Shown: positions 39,641 to 48,069 of the stretch, piece after piece | How positions within the stretch are numbered: position 1 is the stretch's first letter | Layout: each line of letters starts with the position of its first letter | IMG/VR virus record: IMGVR_UViG_3300010354_000050 | Location: 1 to 64,000 of that record | DNA: 64,000 bases | Reading direction: 5' to 3' (one strand) | Origin: a virus | Made by a program: the position numbers and the translations under genes | Notes under the pieces: model-generated | Seen by the model: only the letters and a program-made list of their open reading frames with translations | Told to the model about the DNA's origin: nothing | The model's database searches: none

Positions 39641-40600
39641 TTATGCAGAAGCTTCATTTGTATTTCCAGAAATTCTACTATCTGCTGAAGCGGGTCTAGG
39701 TTCTGCTGGTACAGGAGCAGGTGCAGGTGGTAGTGTAGTTGACCCTGAACTACTAGAGCCATTACTGCTAGGGGAACTAGATGGAGATCTAGTTGTTCTC
39801 CATCCTACAGGTAAACTCTGTTGGTTAGGGTCATTTCTTGCTGCTTCATTAATTTCCTGTGTCCTGTCATTTTCAGGTCTTTGGGAAATAGGTTCACCAG
39901 AAATGCAATTCTGACCTTTAGCAATACCATAGATAGAACCATCAGGTCTTTGGCAAAGTTGTGAGTCAGCATCAGATTGGCCCCTATTAGCATTTACTAG
40001 GGCATTTTCAATAACTCTTTGGGCAACATCCCTAGTAATACTTCTAAGTCTTTCTCGTCTTGCTGCTTCAGTTGCTTCCCTTTGTTGCCTCAACCTTTCC
40101 TCAGCTTCTCTCCTTTCTCTTTCTCTTCTTTCTGCTTCCTCTCTCTCCCTTTGAAGCCTTGCTTCTCTCTGTGCCGCTGTTTCTGTAGGTTGCTGCTGTT
40201 GTTGTCTAGGTTGATTACCCCTTCCACCACTTGAAGTAGAACTTCTACCACTTGGAGTAGAACTTCTACCACTTGGAGTAGAACTTCTACCACTTGGAGT
40301 AGAACTCCTGCTGCTACCGTTACCAGAAGAAGAAGAAGCAGGTGAAGAAGAGCCAGCAGGGTATACTAAGTTAGTTCTCCTTCCCGGTACAGGACTTGGT
40401 ACCCTCCTTACACCACTATTGCCAGGAGAATTGGTTCTAAGATTATTAAGGTTTACATTATTCTGTAACCAACGATTTGCTGCCCTTGCCCAATTACCTA
40501 AATTATAACTTTCAGAATCTTCACCATTAACTGAATATCTTAAGAGGGCTTTTTCCCTAAACTCTAACAAATTATCTTCTTCAAATTTTCCCAAACTCAT
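39641..40600 (-). CDS. Leader-bearing putative virion protein (low complexity, LCQRPDG motif)
   Basis: MSLGKFEEDNLLEFREKALLRYS leader, Ser/Arg repeats, LCQRPDGSIYGIAKGQNCISGEPIS. Confidence 0.75.
   Translation of the reverse strand: MSLGKFEEDNLLEFREKALLRYSVNGEDSESYNLGNWARAANRWLQNNVNLNNLRTNSPGNSGVRRVPSPVPGRRTNLVYPAGSSSPASSSSGNGSSRSSTPSGRSSTPSGRSSTPSGRSSTSSGGRGNQPRQQQQQPTETAAQREARLQREREEAERRERERREAEERLRQQREATEAARRERLRSITRDVAQRVIENALVNANRGQSDADSQLCQRPDGSIYGIAKGQNCISGEPISQRPENDRTQEINEAARNDPNQQSLPVGWRTTRSPSSSPSSNGSSSSGSTTLPPAPAPVPAEPRPASADSRISGNTNEASA
40227..40306 (-). repeat. 21-bp tandem repeat, about 4 copies, encoding SSTPSGR
   Basis: CCACTTGGAGTAGAACTTCTA repeated on the + strand. Confidence 0.9.
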
Positions 40601-40729
40601 TTATTTAACCCCTAATCATGATACTATAAACCTTGAACTTTGCCATTGATGGCTCATTAGCTTAGTACTACATTTTATACTACCTAGGGCAAGTCTTACC
40701 CCCTTGTAGCAGCCTGTCCTACTATTTTT

Positions 40730-41080
40730 CTAAATTGTCTGTTGCCTAGGTGGATTACTACTACTTCTAGAAGATGAAGATGAAGATGAACTAGGTCTAC
40801 TACTACTTCCTGAACCAGAGGAGGAAGAAGTTCTACTAGGCTGAATTACTCCAGCAGGATTAGGCCCAGTTACGCCTGTTACTGCGGCCTGGGTAGCTAT
40901 TCTTCCTGCACTAGATTGAATAGGAGTCGGTGCATTGCCTGTGAACCGATTCCAAGAATTTGTTATACCTTGCCTAATCCTCGCCAATATATAGTCATCT
41001 GAGTCACCCCCACTATATTTAACTAGTGCCTGTTCCCGAAAGTCAACTAAGTTTTATTCGTCAAATCTACCTAAACCCAT
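40730..41080 (-). pseudogene. Leader-bearing paralogue with in-frame TAA at codon 9
   Basis: MGLGRFDE*NLVDFREQALVKYSGGDSDDYILARIRQ... in frame with track ORF 40730-40987. Confidence 0.75.
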
Positions 41081-41151
41081 TTGTACACCTACCTATAAAA
41101 AATTAAACTTATGCCAAACCTGTGAGTATACTACCCTGCCATAGTTCTTAC

Positions 41152-42468
41152 CTACATTCTCGACAGGGAACCAACAATCAGCTTAAAATATTCAGGGTCT
41201 TTTTCATATAGGTTAACCATAGCGGTACTGCTATGAAAGTACTGAAGCCCCATTGAAAAAACTTCTGTCGCATTTTTTCCTGTATAAACCTTTCCTACAT
41301 ATGGGCTTATATAGTTGCCAGGTAAAGCTACCTCAGTTCTACTATAAAAAGTAGCGTCCGTTAATTTATTCAGGGACTCCGGCTTACGGGAAGTAGCCCT
41401 AGAGTCCCTGAAATCTACCATAGACCTGTATATTTCGGGATTGGAGTACTCAACGAAATGTCCGAACTCGTGCCAAAGAGTTGATGTCTGACTTGTTGAA
41501 TCTTTGTTACTTGCTGACATAGCAATAAACCCCTTTGGTATCAATGGGGGCTTGAAAGCATAAGCCCTCCCTCCCATAAAAAATGCAGGATCTCCTATAG
41601 AACCTATAGAGTCTTCTTTGTTTTTTGTAATAACATACAAGTCTTCTAATGCACGCTTATAAAACTCTTCAGCAAAGTAGTGGTCTTTTCCTGTTTTAAT
41701 CCTGACTTTTTCTACTTGTTCTCTAGCTTCTTGACGATTTCCCTTAGATAACAAGTTCTCCCTAATAAAATTCATTTGTTCGGCGGCTTTAGCGAAGTCC
41801 TTCGGGGGAAGGCGACCATTACTATCTCTATTGAGATTGAGGAGGTCTAATTCAGAAAACTGTTCGCTATACTCTTTCTCTGCTTGCTTTATTACTCCCT
41901 CATGGCTATTACCTTCTTTCTTAGTAAGGAGATTTTTAGCTGCCGTTCTTAATCTTGGTATTAGGTTCCTTCTTCTAATGCCCCTAAGCTCTTCAGGAGT
42001 AGGGGGTCTGACGTTATTGCCAGAGTTTCTCCCATCATTGGCTCCTCTCTCATCTCTGAGTTCTTCAGGAGTCATGGGTCTTACCCCTGTCCCTTGAGGG
42101 GATTGCTGCCTAGGGGCAGAAATTTCTCTTCCAGAAACACAATTTCTATTCCGAGGTATCCCGTAAGTAGACCCGTCTGGTCTTTGGCAGAGTTTACCTG
42201 TGTCTACCTGGGGTTGCCCCCTGTCATTATCACTAGAAGAAATTTTGGTTCTATTTCTCCTAGGGTTTGAGTTATTACTCTTTACTTTCTGCCTATTTGC
42301 TCTTTGCTTTAACCTATTGGCTAATCTTTGCTTTAACCTATTGGCTAAGTTTCTTCTAAGATTACCAATAATATAGTTCTCAGAATCCTTACTATCGCCA
42401 GCGTACCTTAATAGGGCTTCCTCCCTAAACCTGAGTAAACTATCCTCTCTAAATTCTCCAAAGGCCAT
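41152..42468 (-). CDS. Leader-bearing putative virion protein with HExxH zinc-metallopeptidase domain
   Basis: Start at ATG 42468 (MAFGEFREDSLLRFREEALLRY), LCQRPDG motif, WHEFGH...TEVFSMG. Confidence 0.8.
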   Translation of the reverse strand: MAFGEFREDSLLRFREEALLRYAGDSKDSENYIIGNLRRNLANRLKQRLANRLKQRANRQKVKSNNSNPRRNRTKISSSDNDRGQPQVDTGKLCQRPDGSTYGIPRNRNCVSGREISAPRQQSPQGTGVRPMTPEELRDERGANDGRNSGNNVRPPTPEELRGIRRRNLIPRLRTAAKNLLTKKEGNSHEGVIKQAEKEYSEQFSELDLLNLNRDSNGRLPPKDFAKAAEQMNFIRENLLSKGNRQEAREQVEKVRIKTGKDHYFAEEFYKRALEDLYVITKNKEDSIGSIGDPAFFMGGRAYAFKPPLIPKGFIAMSASNKDSTSQTSTLWHEFGHFVEYSNPEIYRSMVDFRDSRATSRKPESLNKLTDATFYSRTEVALPGNYISPYVGKVYTGKNATEVFSMGLQYFHSSTAMVNLYEKDPEYFKLIVGSLSRM

Positions 42469-42533
42469 TGCTGAATACCTTTTTTTACTCGTCTTGTGTA
42501 TAACCTGTATTAAGAGCTTACCCCCCACCATTA

Positions 42534-43763
42534 CTACAGTGATGACAAAACTCCTACAATTAATTTGAAATATTCAGGATCTTGTTCATACAACCTTCTC
42601 ATCGACTGTGGATCTGAAAAGTATTGAAAACCCATTGCGAAAACTTCTGTACTATTATAGCCTCCTTCTGGAAGTTCAGGATAGACCTTGCCAACATAAG
42701 GATCTATATAGTTTCCAGGTAAAGCTACTTCATCCTCATTGTAAAAGGTGCTATTTGATAAAATATTCATAGACTCAAGCTGGTCGGAAGTAGCCCTTGA
42801 ATTTCTAAATTCAACCATAGAACTGTATATTTCAGGGTTGGAAAATTCAATATGATGGCCAAATTCATGCCAAAAACCACTATTTTGATTTTCCCAACTA
42901 GCACTTCTTCCAGTAGAAATAGTACCTGGAAATTCAAAAGTTTCTCCATTTTCTTCACTAGAATAAGGAGCCCTTGCCCAAGCCCTTTCCTCACCTTCAT
43001 CAAAAATTTCTGACAAGGTGTTGACCCTATTATTAGCAATCTGATATAGATCTATGAGTTGGTTTCTATAATCTTCTTCTGAAAAAGGATGATCCTCTGG
43101 CAAGTCAAACAAAGTATTGTTGGCATTTTCAGTAGCTAGTTTCCTGTTTCCCCTAACTAAAAGATCTTCTCTTATCAGTGAAAATTCCTGGATTAAGATA
43201 TTGTTGATATTGCTTAATATTTGGTTAAGAGCTTCAATTCTTCTATTCGCTTCTTCTATTACCTCAGAATCATTTGAATTGTTCCTTACTTCTTCGTGGG
43301 CAGTAAGGGCAACGAAAATTTCTCCAATAGAATTGAATTCTCCATAAGCTTCCTCAATTCTCTGAAAATTTTCTTGGTAAAGTTCTTGAACCTGTCTAGT
43401 AATTTCATCAACACTTGCAGGTTGTTGTCCCCTTTGATTTAACCTTTCTTCTATATTCCTTGTTAAGGCAACTTTTAATTGCTGGAGTTGTACACCACTT
43501 TGCCTAACTCTTTCAATAGCTGCTTTTAATAAGTTTTGCTTCTCTTGGTCTACTATTTGTTGTTGTTGTTGTTGTTCTTCCTCTGGCACTGTTTCTTCAA
43601 CTGGCAAATCTTCTTCGGGCGGCTCAGAAATAGGTTTTCCAGTTACACACTCTCTGTCTTCAGGAATCCCATAAACAGTTCCATCCGGCCTTTGACAAAG
43701 TTGACCAGTAGCTTTCTGCCTATATTCTAATAAAGATTCTTGTGTAAATTTCCCTAGCTTCAT
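42534..43763 (-). CDS. Leader-bearing putative virion protein with HExxH zinc-metallopeptidase domain
   Basis: MKLGKFTQESLLEYRQKA, LCQRPDG motif, WHEFGH...TEVFAMG; C-terminus very similar to 41152 gene. Confidence 0.8.
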   Translation of the reverse strand: MKLGKFTQESLLEYRQKATGQLCQRPDGTVYGIPEDRECVTGKPISEPPEEDLPVEETVPEEEQQQQQQIVDQEKQNLLKAAIERVRQSGVQLQQLKVALTRNIEERLNQRGQQPASVDEITRQVQELYQENFQRIEEAYGEFNSIGEIFVALTAHEEVRNNSNDSEVIEEANRRIEALNQILSNINNILIQEFSLIREDLLVRGNRKLATENANNTLFDLPEDHPFSEEDYRNQLIDLYQIANNRVNTLSEIFDEGEERAWARAPYSSEENGETFEFPGTISTGRSASWENQNSGFWHEFGHHIEFSNPEIYSSMVEFRNSRATSDQLESMNILSNSTFYNEDEVALPGNYIDPYVGKVYPELPEGGYNSTEVFAMGFQYFSDPQSMRRLYEQDPEYFKLIVGVLSSL

Positions 43764-43875
43764 CTTGTTTAATAGGGTATATGGGCTGCTTTGTAATTTT
43801 TACCTTTAACGTTCTTGACATTTCCAAAACCCTATGCTAAAGTAGATTCAGCAACCTGACAGAGAAAACAAAACA

Positions 43876-44298
43876 ATGGATTTTTCTTCTAGCCTAACTC
43901 TACTCACTGAAGCTTCTAAAGAATACCACTTTAGTGTTCTTAAGATTTTAGAAGACAGCCTTAAAAAGTTTACTCACAAATATCCTGACGTTGTAGTAGG
44001 TTGGACTCAATCTACTGAAAAGGATAAAGAAGAAGGAATTTGGGAGTTTGCAGTTAACGATTTTCAAGTCTTTGTCTCAGAACAAGATTTAGTAGAATTT
44101 GATGGCTACACTACTTCCTACTATTCCCTTGAAAATTTTCTAATTGATTATCCACATCTAGGAGAAGATTTTTGGGATGATTGGGTGGCCCTTGAATCTT
44201 TTCTGGCAAAAGTTCCCACCCAAAACTTTAAGGACTTGTTTGGCAGTGATTCTAAAATCTTGTTTTCTAATGAAGGCTATCAAATTAAAGGTCTATAG
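43876..44298 (+). CDS. Acidic hypothetical protein, paralogue of 44675
   Basis: Shared pattern YP..V.WTQ.T...F.VN..., FL...P.LG...WD.W..L..FL...P. Confidence 0.7.
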   Translation: MDFSSSLTLLTEASKEYHFSVLKILEDSLKKFTHKYPDVVVGWTQSTEKDKEEGIWEFAVNDFQVFVSEQDLVEFDGYTTSYYSLENFLIDYPHLGEDFWDDWVALESFLAKVPTQNFKDLFGSDSKILFSNEGYQIKGL

Positions 44299-44302
44299 AC
44301 AA

Positions 44303-44659
44303 ATGGCAAAACCACTGCTTCATGCTGAACATTCTGCTCAAAAACATGGAGGAATAGTTGAAGACTATCTCCCTATCCACAACTTCATTGATTCTTCTAA
44401 AGCCCATGTACCAGATATTAGACACAGGGCTTTACTTCATAATTCCTTTGGGATCTACTTGACAGAACAGGTCTTTGGGGTATATATTGTAAATAGTGAT
44501 GGGAAGAAAGTTTCTGTCAGAGATGTAGCAGAAGAGCATATCAAACAAGATATGGGAAATATACCTACTGTACAAGATTGGTTAAAGTGCATGGGTATCC
44601 AAGATTGGATGCTAGGACACAAAAAACCAAAGGCTACTCGTCACTTTGATTTTGATTAA
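44303..44659 (+). CDS. DUF6915-like protein
   Basis: KP..HA..SA.K.GG..EDYL.IH.F.DSSK...D.RHRALLH.SFGI...E.VFG; start at ATG 44303. Confidence 0.8.
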   Translation: MAKPLLHAEHSAQKHGGIVEDYLPIHNFIDSSKAHVPDIRHRALLHNSFGIYLTEQVFGVYIVNSDGKKVSVRDVAEEHIKQDMGNIPTVQDWLKCMGIQDWMLGHKKPKATRHFDFD

Positions 44660-44674
44660 AACTAGGGAAAAATT

Positions 44675-45112
44675 ATGAAAGAAGCTTACGAAGCTACAGT
44701 TAAAATGATCAAAGACTCCCGAAATAGCTACATTAGTTTAGCTAAGGAAGCTCTGTTCAATGCCTTAAAAATTTACTTTGAAGACTACCCTGAATTTATT
44801 ATCTCTTGGACTCAATACACACCTTATTTTAATGATGGCGATCCTTGTACTTTTTCTGTAAATAGTCCTGAACTTTTTCTAAATGAAGGAGATTTCCATT
44901 ATTCAGATGGGTATAAATCTTGGAATTATTATAAGGGAGATTTCTTAGAAAATCATCCCGATTTAGGAATTAAAGTTTGGGATGCCTGGTGTAGCCTAGC
45001 CGATTTCTTGACTGACATTCCTGATGAAATTTATGAAGAAATCTTTAACAACCATGTAAGGGTAATTGCTTCTAAGGATGGTCTTCAAGTAGAAGGTTAT
45101 GACCACGAATAA
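44675..45112 (+). CDS. Conserved phage protein (WTQYTPYFNDGDPC motif)
   Basis: WTQYTPYFNDGDPCTFSV and terminal YDHE motifs. Confidence 0.75.
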   Translation: MKEAYEATVKMIKDSRNSYISLAKEALFNALKIYFEDYPEFIISWTQYTPYFNDGDPCTFSVNSPELFLNEGDFHYSDGYKSWNYYKGDFLENHPDLGIKVWDAWCSLADFLTDIPDEIYEEIFNNHVRVIASKDGLQVEGYDHE

Positions 45113-45284
45113 AGGATAATAAGAAAAAGGAGTTTCTAGTATAAACTCCTTTTTTTTTGTTTACCTATTAAAAGCCAATAAGAAAAAAAATTTTTTTTTG
45201 TTACCTGAATCTTCTAAAGATTGACAAATAACTTGTACCTTGCTAAGATGAGGTTGCAGCTAATCCATTGCAGGTTATGTAATA

Positions 45285-45614
45285 ATGCCTAGTGTAAATG
45301 AAGATATTAAGAAAGAATTTCTACGGCACCAAGGAGTTTTAGATGATCTTTTCCAAAAATATATTGAAGAAAATCTCACTATCCCTGTTGGAACCACGTT
45401 TATCTATGGAGATGAACTTAGCACTGTTGTAGGTGCTGTAGTTGTCCCTCCTGAAGACTTTTCTGTATTTCTAGATATATGTCCAAAAACAGATATTTGG
45501 CTCCTTCTTGATATCCCTAGTTGGCGTATTGAAGGACAACCTGAAGCTAAAGTAACTTTTTCTCTAGGAAGGTTCCTTAGAGCTGTGGAAACAGGATATA
45601 TTTTAGTTCTTTAG
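45285..45614 (+). CDS. Hypothetical protein
   Basis: Promoter plus ORF. Confidence 0.65.
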   Translation: MPSVNEDIKKEFLRHQGVLDDLFQKYIEENLTIPVGTTFIYGDELSTVVGAVVVPPEDFSVFLDICPKTDIWLLLDIPSWRIEGQPEAKVTFSLGRFLRAVETGYILVL

Positions 45615-45702
45615 TTGAACCAGTGGAGTAATTCTAATTAAAAACTTTGCAAATTTCATAAAATTTGCTATAATGGTTATGTACTCTTTTGGTACTTGTT
45701 TA

Positions 45703-45948
45703 ATGCTAAATGAATTTTCAATTTCCCGTGAAAAAAGTCTAAAGATCTATAAAGATCTTTTAGAATACTTTTCTTCTAAGGAAGCAAAAGAAAACTACAA
45801 AGTCCTGGGTAAGTGGTTAGGTTTTCTCACTGTTTATCTTTTGACTTTTTCTTTTCTGCTTTACAACTATGCTGAGCAAAGTATTGAAGTAATCAAGAAA
45901 AAGATTAAGGAAAACAAGGAAAAAGAAAACCAAACCCTTGATCAATAA
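45703..45948 (+). CDS. Hypothetical membrane protein
   Basis: One hydrophobic segment; terminator follows. Confidence 0.55.
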   Translation: MLNEFSISREKSLKIYKDLLEYFSSKEAKENYKVLGKWLGFLTVYLLTFSFLLYNYAEQSIEVIKKKIKENKEKENQTLDQ

Positions 45949-46019
45949 AGATTATAAGGAGAAAGGAAATATCTTTTCTCCTTTTCTTTCTTCTTTTCTA
46001 TAGTTCAAGTTTTAATAAA

Positions 46020-46869
46020 ATGAATGTTTTAAGTTTGTTTGATGGGATGAGTTGTGGGCAATTAGCTCTTAGGAAAGCTAATATTCCTTATGACAACTAT
46101 TATGCTTCTGAAATTAACAAATATGCTATAAAAGTTACTCAACATAACTTCCCCAATACAATTCAAGTTGGAGATGTTTGCCTGTTGACTTCAGAAAAAC
46201 TCCCTAAAATTGATTTGCTAATTGGTGGTTCTCCTTGCCAAGGCTTTTCTTGTGCAGGTAAAGGATTAAATTTTGAAGATCCTAGAAGTAAGCTGTTTTT
46301 TTGAATATGTAAGATTGAAAAACCAACTTCAACCTGAATTTTTTCTTTTAGAAAATGTAAAGATGAAGAAAGAGTACCAAGATGTCATTTCTGAATTCCT
46401 TGGTGTAGATCCTGTTATGCTAAATAGCAGCTTAGTATCAGCACAACTCAGAACTAGGCTCTACTGGACAAATTTACCAATTCCTGTCATTGAAGACAAA
46501 GGAATATTAGTTAAAGATATTATAGAGCAAGTTGATTATGGTCAATTTTATTATTTGCCAGATGAAAAAATCTTCAACTTGAGTTTTTCTGAAAATGGGG
46601 TTTACTATGGTGATAAAAGTAAAGGGGGTTATAAGCAAAGAAATGTAGCTTGGTTGCCAAATGGTAAACATGGTTGCTTAACTGTTTCTAATGGTGGCAG
46701 AGTCTATGTAAACGGGAAAGTTAGAAAGACTACTAGGGGGGAAATGGAAAGGCTGCAAACAGTTCCAGATGGTTATACCGATATTGTAAGTTATAATCAG
46801 GCAATGGGGTTATTAGGAAATGGTTGGACAGTTGACACCATTGCTGAATTTTTCAAGTCTTTGAATTAA
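46020..46869 (+). pseudogene. C5-cytosine DNA methyltransferase split by a frameshift in a T7 run
   Basis: SLFDGMSCG and GGSPCQGFS in ORF1; LENV, Q.R.R.YW and ERLQT in ORF2; T7 at 46296-46302, where T6 restores KLFFEYVR. Confidence 0.88.
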
Positions 46870-46870
46870 A

Positions 46871-46949
46871 TGTTGAAAGGTATTAGCAATGAGTATAAAT
46901 ACCTATTGGTTAATGGTTGTTGAAAGGCATTAGCAATGAGTATAAATAC
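46871..46949 (+). repeat. Two-copy 32-bp direct repeat with a 15-nt spacer
   Basis: TGTTGAAAGG(T/C)ATTAGCAATGAGTATAAATAC at 46871 and 46918. Confidence 0.85.
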
Positions 46950-47007
46950 TTATTTACAAAGCTTTCTTTACAGGTTATAATAGGTAGAGTAAACTCAAGA
47001 AAAAAAA

Positions 47008-47145
47008 ATGTTTTTCATTTCTGCTATGTTAGGCTTTTCAGTAGTCATGCTGTTTAGCCTTTTAGATTCCTTAATATTGAAACTACTCTTAGCATTTGTT
47101 TTCGCCTTTAACATAATATTTACACTGTTTCTCTGGAAAGATTAG
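47008..47145 (+). CDS. Small two-TM membrane protein (45 aa)
   Basis: MFFISAMLGFSVVMLFSLLDSLILKLLLAFVFAFNIIFTLFLWKD after a TTTACA-17-TATAAT promoter. Confidence 0.5.
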   Translation: MFFISAMLGFSVVMLFSLLDSLILKLLLAFVFAFNIIFTLFLWKD

Positions 47146-47214
47146 TTTAGAATTTCCTTAAAAAGATTGACAAGCAAGAAAACCTGATCTATAATAAGGT
47201 CAGGTTGAAAACAA

Positions 47215-47288
47215 GGGACACTAGCTCAAAAGGATAGAGCAACTTCCTCCTAAGAAGTAGGTTACAGGTTCGAGTCCTGTGTGTCCCG
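47215..47288 (+). tRNA. tRNA-Arg(CCU)
   Basis: Cloverleaf GGGACAC/GTGTCCC, anticodon stem ACTTC/GAAGT with loop CT-CCT-AA, TTCGAGT; promoter 47167-47195; no encoded CCA. Confidence 0.93.
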
Positions 47289-47394
47289 TTAATTTGCCTA
47301 AAGCAAATTATTCAATGAAAACTGTAATAAAAAAAAGGGGGGGGGATTGACAAACTTAGAAAAGCAGGTTATAATGAAATCAAGTTAAACACCT

Positions 47395-47465
47395 GGGACA
47401 TTAGTTTAGTGGTAAAGCACGGGGCTTTTAACCTCTTGACCAGAGTTCGATTCTCTGATGTCCCA
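47395..47465 (+). tRNA. tRNA-Lys(UUU)
   Basis: GGGACAT/ATGTCCC acceptor, loop CT-TTT-AA, TTCGATT; promoter 47347-47375; no encoded CCA. Confidence 0.9.
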
Positions 47466-47756
47466 TTAAATTGATCAAGGCAATTTATATACCTTAATTA
47501 AATAAAAGATCTATGAAAAACTTTTTCAGAAATGTTTGGCTCTATAAAAATGAAATTCTAATGAATTTTTTGATGTTACTTGAAATGGTGAAAAGTTGTA
47601 GAACTGGAAGCCTTCATTAGTAGAACAAATTAAAGACTCCCATAGCAAATTCAGTACTGTTGACAAAACTGACTAAAGATGTTAAACTCATATTATCCCG
47701 TTGACAAAATAGTTGACAGGGACGAATTAAATGTTATCCTAAGCCCAATTGAACAA

Positions 47757-47963
47757 ATGGAAAAAATTAATTTTTTACCCCCTCCTTTTCCAGAACAAAA
47801 TTCATTAACTGAAGAATTTATAAATGATTACCTGTGTAAGCTTGAACATTTACCTTCTTTATTTGAAAGGGAAGGCAGATCAGAAGAGTTTATGGAGGGG
47901 GTTAATAGTGTAATTGACATTTTATACAATTACGTTCAAGCCTATGTTTATTTCAAAGATTAG
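47757..47963 (+). CDS. Hypothetical protein
   Basis: ORF track (start adjusted to the ATG after the promoter). Confidence 0.55.
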   Translation: MEKINFLPPPFPEQNSLTEEFINDYLCKLEHLPSLFEREGRSEEFMEGVNSVIDILYNYVQAYVYFKD

Positions 47964-48069
47964 TAGTCAAGGTTGACAAATTTAGCCTTTAGTGCTATAA
48001 TAATAAAGGAAATAATTCAAATTTCCTTTCAACTTGGGTCATTAGCTCAGTGGATAGAGCAACCGCCTT

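Noticed and set aside
39537-39914. 125-aa + strand ORF
   Set aside because: Overlaps the minus-strand gene 39641-40600 and its terminator hairpin
28661-41056. Stop-codon reassignment to explain in-frame stops
   Set aside because: TAA, TAG and TGA all terminate well-supported genes, and no suppressor tRNA is in the window
42301-42348. 24-bp tandem duplication (LANRLKQR x2)
   Set aside because: Simple in-frame slippage in a low-complexity linker
43845-43856. Fifth copy of the CAGCAA hairpin (GATTCAGCAACC after a promoter)
   Set aside because: No complementary closing arm found downstream
46871-46949. Bona fide CRISPR array
   Set aside because: Only two repeats, a 15-nt spacer and no cas genes; kept only as a repeat finding
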